Numbered from the stretch's first letter, positions 39,201-47,469 are shown. The stretch: 64,000 nucleotides of DNA from Candidatus Omnitrophota bacterium (GCA_043732705.1 JAYTHE010000026.1:12136-76135), one strand, 5' to 3'. The notes: generated by a model from the sequence alone, not told the origin. Program-made: numbers and translations.

Positions 39201-42200
39201 AGCAGGGAGCATCCACCGCCATTCAATCTTTTTTTGCCTGGGATCAGAAAGAAAAGACACGCAGCTATCTGAGTTATTTAGCGGATGTCACGGGTGACGG
39301 CCTTCCGGACCGCATCACTTTAGATTCTTGGAGCATGGTTCCGGCAAATCGGTGGTGGGTTGAAGTGAATGATGGAAAAACTTTTAAGGATGCTGTTGCT
39401 TGGGATGGTGTGGAAGGTAGTGCTTTAGCCCAAATCGCGCCTTCCCAAGGTATTGAAGGAGCCGCGACGCAGAGTTCGAATGTAAGCGTGATATCAAAAC
39501 TAATTGATATAAATGGCGACAAAATTCCCGACCATATTTTTTTTAAGGAAGGAACAAATCAATGGGTTGTGCAGTATGGAACAGGGCACGGCTTTTTACC
39601 TTCTCAGCCGATGGAAATCCAGGGTATTCGGAACAAAGAAGCATTTAATGCGGCTAAATACGAATATGCGCACATAAGTTTGCGCGCTCAATATCCTGAT
39701 CTTGTTCAAAATGGCAAATTGGTAATTAGGCTTATCGATGAAAATAATAAAGAAGTTCAAAAATGGGAAATTACGGGCGCAAACAATAGCTGGAAAGATC
39801 AATATTTGGCGATTGACCGTGCAAAAACAGGCGGCCGCTATCTGGATGCGCGTTGGGAGCTTAATGCAGGGGTAGTTGCAGCCGATCCGCAAATTTTAGT
39901 CGATGATGTAAGTTTAATTTCGTTGCATCCCAATGCAAGTACGGAATGGCTAGATTATTTGCTTACGGAAGGGAATGTGATTAATGCCGTGCAAGCGGCG
40001 GCGAATGATCCGGCGATTCATGATTTAGCTCAAGTCGTTAATGCGCAAGACACATTTGATTGGAAAAAACTGCTCGCGGTCGAAACCAAAATTAATTTCA
40101 ATGCAACCGGCGCGGTTAGCGGCGCCGAAAAATTAAATGGTGAAACCTCACAAGTTCAAACTTCGGGCAACACAACCACGATTACTGTGGCGCATACCGA
40201 TGGAACTGTTACTCAAACCACAGTTCCCACCGCAGGTAGTTCAAATAGCTACACAAAAAGCATTAACTATGACAATGGAACACCGGATAATTTAACGGAT
40301 GACTACACTGAGATAGCTATGATTGCTTATGATCGTATGCGAAGTGTGACTCGTGACCACAGTCATAAACAACCGCTTCAATATTCTTATGAATTTGATG
40401 AATTAAATCGAGAGATTACAGTTATCTATGATCCTGATTCTAATGAAACTGAAAAATCACGGGCGGTTTCCGGATTAAATGGGGACGAAAATAAAATTGT
40501 CGCGCAAATCGCGGCCAACGGGGTTGAAACTCGCTACACCTACAATGCTTCCGCTGAGCTCACGCGCACCGAAATTACTTATAAGGGGCGCGTACGCGAA
40601 ACTTTTGAGCAAAGTATTACTGCGGACGGCCTTCACGCGCTCAAAACCGAATCGGGCTCAATCGAGTTTTATAATGAGCAAGGACAAATTGTCGGCCATC
40701 GCACAACCGATGGCTATTATTACAAGCATGAATTTGCTCCGGCTAAAACCATAGAGACTTCTATAACCACTAAAACAGTTGTGTTGTGCGATTCCGCAAA
40801 GCAAGATTGTTCAGCAATTCCTGTCGCGCAACGCACGCTTACAGTTCAAATTCCGACAGTTACCTTGACAGACTGTTTAATTAATTGCGAAACCATTCAT
40901 CAGGTTACACTCGATCATCTTACCGACTTAGATGGCAATATTGCTTTTTATACAGGCTCGCAGTTAAGCAGTCTTGAATTATCAACGGGCCTTAAGATGA
41001 CTTTCGACGGAATGATTACCGAAAATAGCAAAGATGTTAATGGTAATGATATTGAAATTACCAAGCCCAAGAACGTGGTCATTTTTCATCAAGATGGAAC
41101 GATCACTGAGTTTAAGAATGGTCTGCCATACTCTGTCACTTCCGCAGCTGGCCACGTTATTTCTATTGAGCCCGACACAGAGACGACGACTACAGGTCGT
41201 GTTGTATTAAAAAATCCTTCCTCCTCCGCCGAGTTTCACTACGCTGAAGCGGTCAAGCTTTGGAATCAGAAAGTTTTGGCTAATTTTGATAAATATCAAT
41301 TGCCGGACAGCCAAGTTGTGCAGGTGGAATATGCAAAGACGGGCAACAAGATCGTTACGCAGCTTTTCGCGTCAGGTGGGCGGGAAATGTATGACGCTGC
41401 CGGGCATATTGACTTTGTGGTTTCCGAAGAAGGGGATCGCATTATTGATTATGACTATGATGCAGCCGGCAATCCTACCGCGATCCATTTAGAAGGCTCG
41501 CGCCGCAAACTTGATCAGACCATATTAGATCTTAAAATTGAAATAGCTTTAAAACAGTATCAGTCTTTACTTGATGTGGCAGAACGCGAGCAGATTTTAA
41601 ATGAAACAGTAGAAAGTCAGTACATTGTTCAACGCAATCAGTTAATCGCGTTACGCGCGCAAATTGAATCGCAGCGAAACCAACTAGCCTCGATTAAAGT
41701 TAAAGGCAAAGCCGGTAAAAATTCAATATCGGACGCGATGCAGCAAATTAATGTTGGTCTCGGGCAGGTGAATCAGGCTTTATACCAATTGCTCGAAAAT
41801 CGTACGCAAGCGCTCGCGAATTTACAAGGCCAGGTGAAAAATCTTAATACGCAGATTAATGACCAAACAACGCAGGCTTACACGGACATTTCAAATAAAG
41901 AAAGAGAAGTTCAAAATTCAATCCTGACGCAGGAAATTTCGCCGATCGTTTATCACTGGTACCGCACAATTCTTGGTCGCGATCCCTCTGAGTCGGAGTA
42001 TGAAGCTGCCAAGTCTTTGGCCAACTATAGCTCGGGGACATTTAACCTTACAAGTCTTAAGGCGCAGCTTCAAAATAGCCCTGAATATGTCCAACGCACA
42101 GCGGAAGTAGCCGCGATTAAAGCCGCAGTTAAGACGCAATTGCTTAATTATTTAGCGGCAGATGACGCCGGCAAGCAAGCCTTTGTCGCAGGTTTAGGAA

Positions 42201-45200
42201 TTAATTCTCAAAATAGAGTGTCTCTTGCTCGGGCTGAAGTGGATGCAATTTTTGTATGGATGGATAAGCAAAACTTGCACTTTGGTCAATCCGCTTTCAT
42301 TTCCTTAGAAGCGCTGCTTGACGATGCGGGCATTGCGCACAACCGCATTAATATGGCGCGGGATTTAATTTTAACTGACATTATTACCGGTACTCTTACT
42401 CCGATTGAAAAAGGTGATTTGCTTATTTCGATGTATGCGATGAATGCCTATGCCGCCCGGTTTGGTTTAAATTTATCGCCACTCAAACTAACTTACGACG
42501 CCCTCAAGTCTATTTTTGATACTTGGTGCGTTGAGCATGGTTCATGCGCGGGATTCCGTTTGGTTGCGCATATGGATGGTAATCATTACGTTGTAGTTAC
42601 AGGCATTACTACGCGGGTTGAAGATGGGAAGACTATCGAAGAAGTTCACTATACTGATCCGGGCGCGGGCAAGAACGGTGACGAAGCGGTTGTCGTATCC
42701 AAAGATGATTTTTTGAAGTATTGGATTAATCAATCCGCAAAGTTAGACAGCCCGGATGCATCTAACTTACAAAACTCAGCTATGGGTTATATCCTCTCGC
42801 CGCGCGCGCCTCCGGCTGCTAAAAAAAGTGAATTCCGTGTTTTAAATTTCACAGAGCAAATGCAGGTTCGCGGCTCCTTCTTCTTTCTCATTCCCATTAT
42901 CGTAGCTGCTATCGTTGTAGCTATTCATGCCATTGTTGGCGCAATTATCGCAGCGATCACGGCGATTATCGGCGCACTCGTAGCAAGTGTTAGCACAATC
43001 ATTACCGGTTTCACCACGTTCTTTGGTGGATTATTCGGAAATTTCTTAACAACATTCTCTGGATTTTTTACCGGAATATTTCACGGTTTGACTTCGCTCG
43101 GCGGACTTGTTTTTAATGCGATTACGTACGGTCCTAATGCGGTTCTTGGAGTGCTTGGCCTGAAAGCCGGAACCTTTCTCGGCAGCGTGGTTTTCTCAAG
43201 CTTGATAGGCGCTGAATTCTTGGGTGCAGGAAAGCTTTTAGAATTGACGGGTTTGTCCCCAAAATTCGCGCAAACGATTATTAACTTTGGAAAAATTATC
43301 ACGGGTGTCAGTCTTATCGCAACGGGCGCTGGAAGTGTTCTTGGATTCGGATTCATCAGCGCGGGAACAACGGATTTGCTCCATGCCTATACAAATCTTT
43401 CACCGCAGTTTATCAATGCTCTTTCCATTGGTGCGCAGGCATTAAGCGCGTTTGGAATTGGTGGAGTTATCGGCGGAACTATCCAAGGCGCAATGAATGC
43501 GCTTAAAGAAGCAACTCCATTTTTGACGAAAGAGCTTTCATCGCTGGGGTTGCTTAGTTTTGGGACGAGCAAAAGCCTCAGGCTCGCTGCCTTGCTTGAA
43601 ACCCCGATCAATTTATTTACGGGCGCACTTTTGGGAGGAGGGTTTTCAGCAGCTAATATTCTGAACTCCGTCAAAACGGCGCTTTTTAGTCAGCAAGCAC
43701 TTGCTAGTTTTATTTCGATCGGGGCGCAAGTGGGACTGAATGCATTACCGATTAACCCTCTTTTGGCCGGCTTAGGCGGGGTAGTTATTTCGGGGCTGAT
43801 TGATGGATTGGTTCCGGTCAAAAAAGTTCCGGGCTTGGAAATTGGCGCGCCTATTTTTGAAACAACTTATCAATTGAAAGGCGTGCTGGAAGGATTAAAA
43901 AATGCCGTTCAACGCGCCTTCAATACTGTTTTGGAGACTCTTAGAACAGAGTCAGTGCGGTTTGACGTATCAGTTGCGAAAAATGGACTTAAAGCAACTC
44001 TCTCCGACATTGTAGCAAGCGCGCTTGACCGCTCTTCAATTGAAGGTTTGATTGGAACTGTCGGTAACCTCTCGGATTATATTGAAGACAAATATAACAA
44101 TCACTCCACGATCGTTAATTATCACGGTTCGCCGGCTAAAGAAGTCACTTTGGATGTAAATGGTAAAACCGTCATTATGACATTCGATCAGGCGACACAT
44201 GAACTTTTGCGCGTTGATGGCAGCAATGGGCATATTTTAGAAGGCGATTTGCGGCTTGGGGCGAATGGAAATATATACGCTTTTAACGGTTCGGAATTAA
44301 CCTCTGGAGCCAATGGCGTCGTGCAACAGTTTACTTATGAAGACGGCAATCTTGTTTTTTCGCGCTATGTCGGTGATGGTAAAGGCGCGGATTGGTACCC
44401 TGAGCAAGGTAAGAAATTAACTCTTTATTCAGACGGACAATTGCGTGACGGCATTATTGAAGACTTGAGTTCGGGCGCAAAGACGGTTGTGCGCAACGGA
44501 AAAATTATTGAAGTTATCAATCCGCTTAAGCTTGAAATCGCACCGAATTCAATCGGCGGCGAGCAAGTTCCACTTTTTGAGCAGGCAGGGCTGCTTGGCG
44601 AAGATGGAAAATTCACAAATTATGAATATCGAATCAATTCCGCGGCGCTAAAAGGAATGCGGTCAGATGATTTAAGCAGCGCGGCGTTGACGGGCTTAAA
44701 AGAATCCATGAATGATCTTTCCAGTTGGCAGGGAACACCGGCAGGATTTGCGAAAACAGGTATTCAAAAAGTTCAAGCATGGGAGGAGAATTTTTATGCG
44801 GTGAACGGCAGTCCTCTGACAAATCGCGGTTCCTTGGGTGTTTTTCTTGCGGCAGGAGCCATTAAAGGCGTGTTCGATATTGGCAATTTTGGAACAGACA
44901 CGTACTTGGCGGTGGAATCATTAAAAGAAGCGATTCGAACCGGGGAATTCGAAACCGGCGCGAAGAATTATTTTGATAATTGGAAAAATTCGCTTCTCAC
45001 TAATCCTTTGATTTCTGTGGCTAACGTATTTGGAGTCAACACCCCCAATTTAAATCAAGCCGTGTCGTCTATGGGCAACGAAACCATGCGCGTCATGAAT
45101 GCCTTTGGCACCGCAGAAATGGTCAAGGTTTTATGGCCGTACAAAGGAATTTTCGCTACGGGGTTAGTATCTGCTCTGAAAGATGATTTTGGACAGCTCA

Positions 45201-45748
45201 TTAGGAGTGAAGGCGGGTATATTCGAATTGTTCGAGAAACTTTTGGGGAAAGAGTATCAAGATTGCTTGGAAATCCTACCAGCGGTAACTTAAATGAGAT
45301 CGAGGGATTATTACGAAATAAAGTCAATATGCAGGAGGTCTTATTTAAAGAATATAAGAGTGCAACAGATGTGACTGAGGCGGCTCAACGCGGCTTTTTA
45401 AATTTGGATGTTAATACAGCACGATCATTTAAAGGCGGACAGTATCAAGTTAGAGTTTTATCGGAAGATCTTGTAGTGTATCGAGCAGAAGGTGGATTGG
45501 CCAAAAAATATGGCGCATTTTTTGGCACTGAAAAACCTATTAATGCTTACGATGCGGATCGGCTCTATAATGTCGTTGTGCATGGCAATGATGTGCAAGA
45601 GGTTTCTACGTATATAATTAAAAAAGGCACAGTGGTCTACGAAGGTGGGGTAGAAGGTGGGGTAGGTGTTCAAATGTTTTTGAGAAATCCAAAAGAAAAA
45701 GATGTGGCTCTTTTAGCTACAGAAATCTTAGAAAGAAGTACTACATGA
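33296..45748 (+). CDS. Giant (4150 aa) secreted multidomain protein: Ig-like tandem repeats, YD/RHS-like repeats, FG-GAP-like Ca-binding repeats, coiled coil, DUF4214-like motif, C39-like peptidase motif, 330-aa glycine-zipper hydrophobic region, variable C-terminal domain (polymorphic-toxin/teneurin/Tc-toxin-like architecture)
   Basis: Single uninterrupted 12.4 kb ORF. Signal peptide MRLKKTVKKVTALFLIVTFSWTNLIGANSWA. Five ~93-aa repeats (DT-PTG-I-IN-G...GDGNKT-YVKF-DKAGN). YD-like segments (VYDEDGKLTAI, ETRYTYNASAELTRTEITYKG). Six FG-GAP-like repeats of the form L-D-[MLI]-[ND]-G-D-G-x-P-D-R (written xDxNGDGxPDR elsewhere). Heptad-rich region at aa ~2740-2880. VYHWYRTILGRDPSESEYEAA (DUF4214-like). 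CAGFRL ... NHYVVVTG (Cys...His). aa ~3192-3521 is hydrophobic and G/A/I-rich. Confidence 0.85.
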   Translation: MRLKKTVKKVTALFLIVTFSWTNLIGANSWAAVEPIQMVNGQATAVTDPFATNTSTTQMGTVPVDFLAQQPVVTTAAAVSLVSIAPTAALKSTNVSSLLGNPKPYILSSSTSATNLSYVNNAFNFGYSVPNTNDKSGFSVSFDNTSTALIETQSLTKMTLGLKGTASTIQLEIVDSSGMHDKILLTGISNTVEQFWKIPTAYFSASVNKAKITQINFIVDQSNTTTTARSGTLNVRLNGLDVASPTAPLVQSAPPAFSNVNNITLSGAKEANTSLLINGVEVMPRNNSTAWSYQVSLPIEGKYIFSLIVKNSLGKISAASTVAITRDTVLPTGTIIIDSGALYSTDLNVALKLSAVDAGSAVKKMSFSADGVNWSAQETYVTAKTLTLSSGDGNKTVYVKFYDGAGNASAVYSKSIIVDTLPPSGTIKVNDGVAMINQRVAMLNLLAVDVGSGVSKMSFSTNGTSWTTAEVYGTTKDWIFSAGDGNKIVYVKFLDKSGKWSTPISAAVLMDTIKPTGSININSGAAYVNLPEIALNLSAADLGGAGIGSMSFSSDNVNWTVPEAYTTTKSFVLSPGDGNKTIYVKYFDKAGNVSVAYSKSILLDTIAPTGTMRINGGESFVSQTAVTLNLTAADSGTGLDKVSFSNDGVNWSVAETFAAEKNWVLAIGEDLKTVFVKFLDKAGNWSSVISNSIFLDVTAPTGAININSGTAYTNSKNITLNLLANDSGSGIDKMSFSVDGINWSALENFTASKAWMLSDNDGNKTIYVKYFDKAGNGSVAYSKSIILDTIAPIIDLLNAPTHANSASYMTQYRVDGVLKDKAFTLSSGMNAISIREIDFAGNETIRTWNVEYSTTEDINLAGGGLQHFENGKIQYQVNADGSRVNYNSDGSIANFSWGIANGNTKVTFLNDAQNSLEIRDASNQLIKIISNVKPPEPNLSNALKINLQDGIETYYSEGVLKEIRTAENVKLFNLTMSAPVSASEVPEIRDAVIAYPNGSIDIMWNKFLIRRITVDGSITDMLPDGTIGREISEEIEQTYLGIYDASGNVAGTKILSNQGDEVTYDEKGILKEVKGHDGKHFVYDRTQSGNQYLLSLNGALSSSASDQTLKSGKYAQDGSVLELDFQNGSKVTFENGQIKQAVNAQGETVNYSQLLSNGLAQGLMVNRGLANFTYDITGFLSQIQTEQGIITREQVDSNHDGLLNDQDTVDLLLELTGGNKLTDFQLDVNGKILNGIIETREGIKQKIENGILRELITADGKKYLIHNGQAELDTWAFQDGIVVKYGGTSIQQILFPNGKRFEQVQLNAQKEIASYVEIDGNTQSFFENGILKKRVFDGVQIFYSIDGRAQKIIRANGAEEFVEHQFDVNGNWVGLNLVSADGMLVYDEDGKLTAILTSGLTAQVEDSTIKSLSTRFGNIQDPVFNAKGNLNGEVVLSDERKLLIQDGKLLRITFKNGTQIDCANGRISRVENSEGIYQLTYLENSSALEDVKVNYVLSPGTSATGLTVEMSLASYLLANPYSEFSKIISPRPAKDIFAGGIQTQLGAHGLLDLSKIVEDQDRGDTYSVGGIFDPNLSDIYNLDGNYNGGYLSKSLMGMIASDLLDLDGDGDLDRIFVDSSKNFWWVQKFENGSFLSAEKWIGIEAIGNTVNNFALRFSNDSNTAVMGNLLDMNGDGRPDRVVASVNENPVWYVQLNNGVGFDPAKIWSNVQPLIQINAGDPINKYALQVRENSSQNQFFISDLIDMDGDNLPDRIIQSQASPVPGADPFNHWFFQKNNGHGFDEAVIWKGINNSFDLDPKIGSGMNVFFNSTTWFDEDLRLAFTSAHASFNNAWTSKNINAYRATFLLTKSMVKGPPGILNWLNSLEPQLFGTTCVKNICTQYIKENVYQAANALFSNIDSVQRNILTTSVLKDMNGDGRPDRILLKQKNPSNANSGYSWYIQWNNGSGFDPAVLFDDQVRSVSGSIAQQGASTAIQSFFAWDQKEKTRSYLSYLADVTGDGLPDRITLDSWSMVPANRWWVEVNDGKTFKDAVAWDGVEGSALAQIAPSQGIEGAATQSSNVSVISKLIDINGDKIPDHIFFKEGTNQWVVQYGTGHGFLPSQPMEIQGIRNKEAFNAAKYEYAHISLRAQYPDLVQNGKLVIRLIDENNKEVQKWEITGANNSWKDQYLAIDRAKTGGRYLDARWELNAGVVAADPQILVDDVSLISLHPNASTEWLDYLLTEGNVINAVQAAANDPAIHDLAQVVNAQDTFDWKKLLAVETKINFNATGAVSGAEKLNGETSQVQTSGNTTTITVAHTDGTVTQTTVPTAGSSNSYTKSINYDNGTPDNLTDDYTEIAMIAYDRMRSVTRDHSHKQPLQYSYEFDELNREITVIYDPDSNETEKSRAVSGLNGDENKIVAQIAANGVETRYTYNASAELTRTEITYKGRVRETFEQSITADGLHALKTESGSIEFYNEQGQIVGHRTTDGYYYKHEFAPAKTIETSITTKTVVLCDSAKQDCSAIPVAQRTLTVQIPTVTLTDCLINCETIHQVTLDHLTDLDGNIAFYTGSQLSSLELSTGLKMTFDGMITENSKDVNGNDIEITKPKNVVIFHQDGTITEFKNGLPYSVTSAAGHVISIEPDTETTTTGRVVLKNPSSSAEFHYAEAVKLWNQKVLANFDKYQLPDSQVVQVEYAKTGNKIVTQLFASGGREMYDAAGHIDFVVSEEGDRIIDYDYDAAGNPTAIHLEGSRRKLDQTILDLKIEIALKQYQSLLDVAEREQILNETVESQYIVQRNQLIALRAQIESQRNQLASIKVKGKAGKNSISDAMQQINVGLGQVNQALYQLLENRTQALANLQGQVKNLNTQINDQTTQAYTDISNKEREVQNSILTQEISPIVYHWYRTILGRDPSESEYEAAKSLANYSSGTFNLTSLKAQLQNSPEYVQRTAEVAAIKAAVKTQLLNYLAADDAGKQAFVAGLGINSQNRVSLARAEVDAIFVWMDKQNLHFGQSAFISLEALLDDAGIAHNRINMARDLILTDIITGTLTPIEKGDLLISMYAMNAYAARFGLNLSPLKLTYDALKSIFDTWCVEHGSCAGFRLVAHMDGNHYVVVTGITTRVEDGKTIEEVHYTDPGAGKNGDEAVVVSKDDFLKYWINQSAKLDSPDASNLQNSAMGYILSPRAPPAAKKSEFRVLNFTEQMQVRGSFFFLIPIIVAAIVVAIHAIVGAIIAAITAIIGALVASVSTIITGFTTFFGGLFGNFLTTFSGFFTGIFHGLTSLGGLVFNAITYGPNAVLGVLGLKAGTFLGSVVFSSLIGAEFLGAGKLLELTGLSPKFAQTIINFGKIITGVSLIATGAGSVLGFGFISAGTTDLLHAYTNLSPQFINALSIGAQALSAFGIGGVIGGTIQGAMNALKEATPFLTKELSSLGLLSFGTSKSLRLAALLETPINLFTGALLGGGFSAANILNSVKTALFSQQALASFISIGAQVGLNALPINPLLAGLGGVVISGLIDGLVPVKKVPGLEIGAPIFETTYQLKGVLEGLKNAVQRAFNTVLETLRTESVRFDVSVAKNGLKATLSDIVASALDRSSIEGLIGTVGNLSDYIEDKYNNHSTIVNYHGSPAKEVTLDVNGKTVIMTFDQATHELLRVDGSNGHILEGDLRLGANGNIYAFNGSELTSGANGVVQQFTYEDGNLVFSRYVGDGKGADWYPEQGKKLTLYSDGQLRDGIIEDLSSGAKTVVRNGKIIEVINPLKLEIAPNSIGGEQVPLFEQAGLLGEDGKFTNYEYRINSAALKGMRSDDLSSAALTGLKESMNDLSSWQGTPAGFAKTGIQKVQAWEENFYAVNGSPLTNRGSLGVFLAAGAIKGVFDIGNFGTDTYLAVESLKEAIRTGEFETGAKNYFDNWKNSLLTNPLISVANVFGVNTPNLNQAVSSMGNETMRVMNAFGTAEMVKVLWPYKGIFATGLVSALKDDFGQLIRSEGGYIRIVRETFGERVSRLLGNPTSGNLNEIEGLLRNKVNMQEVLFKEYKSATDVTEAAQRGFLNLDVNTARSFKGGQYQVRVLSEDLVVYRAEGGLAKKYGAFFGTEKPINAYDADRLYNVVVHGNDVQEVSTYIIKKGTVVYEGGVEGGVGVQMFLRNPKEKDVALLATEILERSTT
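34270..35680 (+). repeat. Five tandem ~279-bp coding repeats (Ig-like modules) inside the giant gene; repeats 3 and 5 are near-identical at the DNA level over ~100 bp
   Basis: GATGGGAATAAAAC(A/G)ATTTATGTAAAATATTTTGATAAAGCGGGGAATG ... CGCTTA(T/C)TCAAA at about 35028 and about 35578. The protein-level periodicity is listed in the call. Confidence 0.8.
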
Positions 45749-46107
45749 TTAAATCTTTATCCGAAACTCGCAAATCAATTGTAGAAATAGTTGGGTTTTT
45801 GAAAGTGCACAATGATTTAGTTTGGACTAAATATTTGAGTGGAATGCTTTCGGAGTTTGACAGGGTTTTTGGTGGAGCCGAAGTAGATCAGCAGGGTGGA
45901 AAAAGTATTTTAGAAAAAATCGACAAGCTATTCGGTGGCATGGGCTCATTGAATGATTTGAATATTTACAAAGAGAATGGTCATATTGTAAGTAATGAAA
46001 GAGAAGCCAATGTGGAATTAAGCAAATTACGATCAAGATTATTTGATAATGTTCAGAGAAGTATTTTGGAGATGCAGCAACAACAGGAGAGATCGGAACA
46101 TTTCTAA
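45745..46107 (+). CDS. Small (120 aa) cytoplasmic protein translationally coupled to the giant gene's stop; candidate immunity/partner protein
   Basis: Its ATG at 45745 overlaps the giant gene's TGA at 45746-45748 (ATGA). No signal peptide. Acidic, helical. Motif SILEKIDKLFGGMGSLNDL. The assignment rests on position only. Confidence 0.5.
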   Translation: MIKSLSETRKSIVEIVGFLKVHNDLVWTKYLSGMLSEFDRVFGGAEVDQQGGKSILEKIDKLFGGMGSLNDLNIYKENGHIVSNEREANVELSKLRSRLFDNVQRSILEMQQQQERSEHF

Positions 46108-46153
46108 AAGTGCCAGGTCTAAAAGGACAAAAAGTTGAAAAAGATATTAAGTT

Positions 46154-46741
46154 ATGCCAAGAAGACCAAGAGTATTAGTAGATGGTGGAATCTATCATGT
46201 TTTTAATCGTGGAAATAACCGACACGATTTATTTTGTGATCAAGAGGATGCAGGAATTTTCCTTTCGTATTTATATGAAATCAAGCAAGAGCTTGGGGCG
46301 AGCATCTATCACTATTGTTTGATGACCAACCACTTTCATTTTTTGATGAAGGTTGAGAGGGGCGAGGACTTGTCGAAAGTGATGCATAGAGCACAATTGG
46401 GATATGCGCGTTACTTTAAGCGAAAATATAAATTTGTTGGGCATGTGTTTCAGGAACGGTTTCGAAGCCCATTAATTGATAGAGAGGCTTACTACCTCCA
46501 GTGTGGGAGGTATATCGAGCGCAATCCTGTCAAAGCGGACATGGTGAAGAATGCCTGGGACTACGAATGGACGAGTGCTACGTATTATGCGCTAGGTGAA
46601 AAGGATGGAATGATAACTCCAAACCCATATTATGAGGGAATGGGCAAGGATGCAGCGAGTCGGCAGGAGAGTTATCGTAGCTTTTTAGCGATCGAAGATG
46701 CTTATTCAAAGTTAATTGATGAGGCTTTAATTAAATGTTAG
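46154..46741 (+). mobile_element. IS200/IS605-family Y1 (HuH) transposase of the REP-associated tyrosine transposase (RAYT, COG1943) type
   Basis: IYHVFNRGNNRHDLFCDQED ... YHYCLMTNHFHFLM (HuH motif HFH) ... catalytic Tyr in YIERNPVKADMV. Matches the RAYT signature YI..NPVKA. Confidence 0.8.
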
Positions 46742-47040
46742 TAATCGAACCCGGCACTTTTAGAAATGTTCCGATCTCTGTTCTAAGATATGCCAGTGAA
46801 CAAAATGGAGCTGGTAGTTTTTTAACCAAAAGTAATTATTCAGATGTCGCTCAAGCTGTTAGTGGATTAAACTTGGAGCCAACTAATAATTTAGCAAGTT
46901 ATAAACAAGTGGTTATGGTGGAAAAACCCACGCTGGTTTTAGAAGGTAAAATTGCCGGAAGTGGTGATGGTTCTGTGCAATCAATAGTCCTCGAGAAAGA
47001 TAGCTTTGTTTTTCAGGCAGGAGAAAGTATTAATGATTAA
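46735..47040 (+). CDS. Hypothetical small protein (101 aa), coupled to the transposase stop
   Basis: ATG 46735 overlaps the RAYT stop by 7 nt. AT-rich DNA. No motif recognised. Confidence 0.4.
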   Translation: MLVIEPGTFRNVPISVLRYASEQNGAGSFLTKSNYSDVAQAVSGLNLEPTNNLASYKQVVMVEKPTLVLEGKIAGSGDGSVQSIVLEKDSFVFQAGESIND

Positions 47041-47311
47041 TAAAGTTTTAATTCAACTAGAAGCTTTAATTCGTCAGTTAGAAACGCCCTTACAAGAAGA
47101 AGAAAAACAGCAAGGGTGGACTGAAGAGAAAAGAAAGATATGGTTGAATTATTTTATTTCGGTGAAGCTTGAAATTAAACTTAAAGGAATTGAATATTAT
47201 AAGAAAAATTCCAAATCAATCATTAGGTCCTTAGATTCTCATAACATCCATGGCGGCAATATTCTCGAAAGCGCTTGTCGCCTTGAAAATTTGGTTCATG
47301 ATTTAAAATGA
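47033..47311 (+). CDS. Hypothetical small helical protein (92 aa; alternative start 47006)
   Basis: ATGATTAA overlap with the previous stop. Predicted helical. No motif recognised. Confidence 0.4.
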   Translation: MINKVLIQLEALIRQLETPLQEEEKQQGWTEEKRKIWLNYFISVKLEIKLKGIEYYKKNSKSIIRSLDSHNIHGGNILESACRLENLVHDLK

Positions 47312-47469
47312 AACTCTGGCACATCGGTTTAATCATTCTTCTTGTGTCGCTGCTTATCAGCGTATTGCTTGTCCATGCTGAAATCGGCGGCCTTATTCGC
47401 GATCTTTTTCGCATCCTTACGCTTGCTGGACTCGTGCTTCTTATTTATGGACTTATTAAGCATAAATGA
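47308..47469 (+). CDS. Putative 53-aa two-TM membrane peptide
   Basis: Absent from the ORF table (below 60 aa). ATGA overlap with the previous stop. Reads MKLWHIGLIILLVSLLISVLLVHAEIGGLIRDLFRILTLAGLVLLIYGLIKHK. Confidence 0.35.
   Translation: MKLWHIGLIILLVSLLISVLLVHAEIGGLIRDLFRILTLAGLVLLIYGLIKHK

Noticed and set aside
42870-43860. Separate polytopic membrane protein gene within the giant ORF
   Set aside because: The hydrophobic block is in-frame and continuous with the flanking domains, with no internal start or RBS context. It is treated as a domain of the giant protein.
46108-46153. REP-type hairpins flanking the RAYT transposase gene
   Set aside because: Inspection of both flanks shows no copy of the window's hairpin repeat or any other obvious palindrome. 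The RAYT cannot be linked to the repeat family from this window alone.
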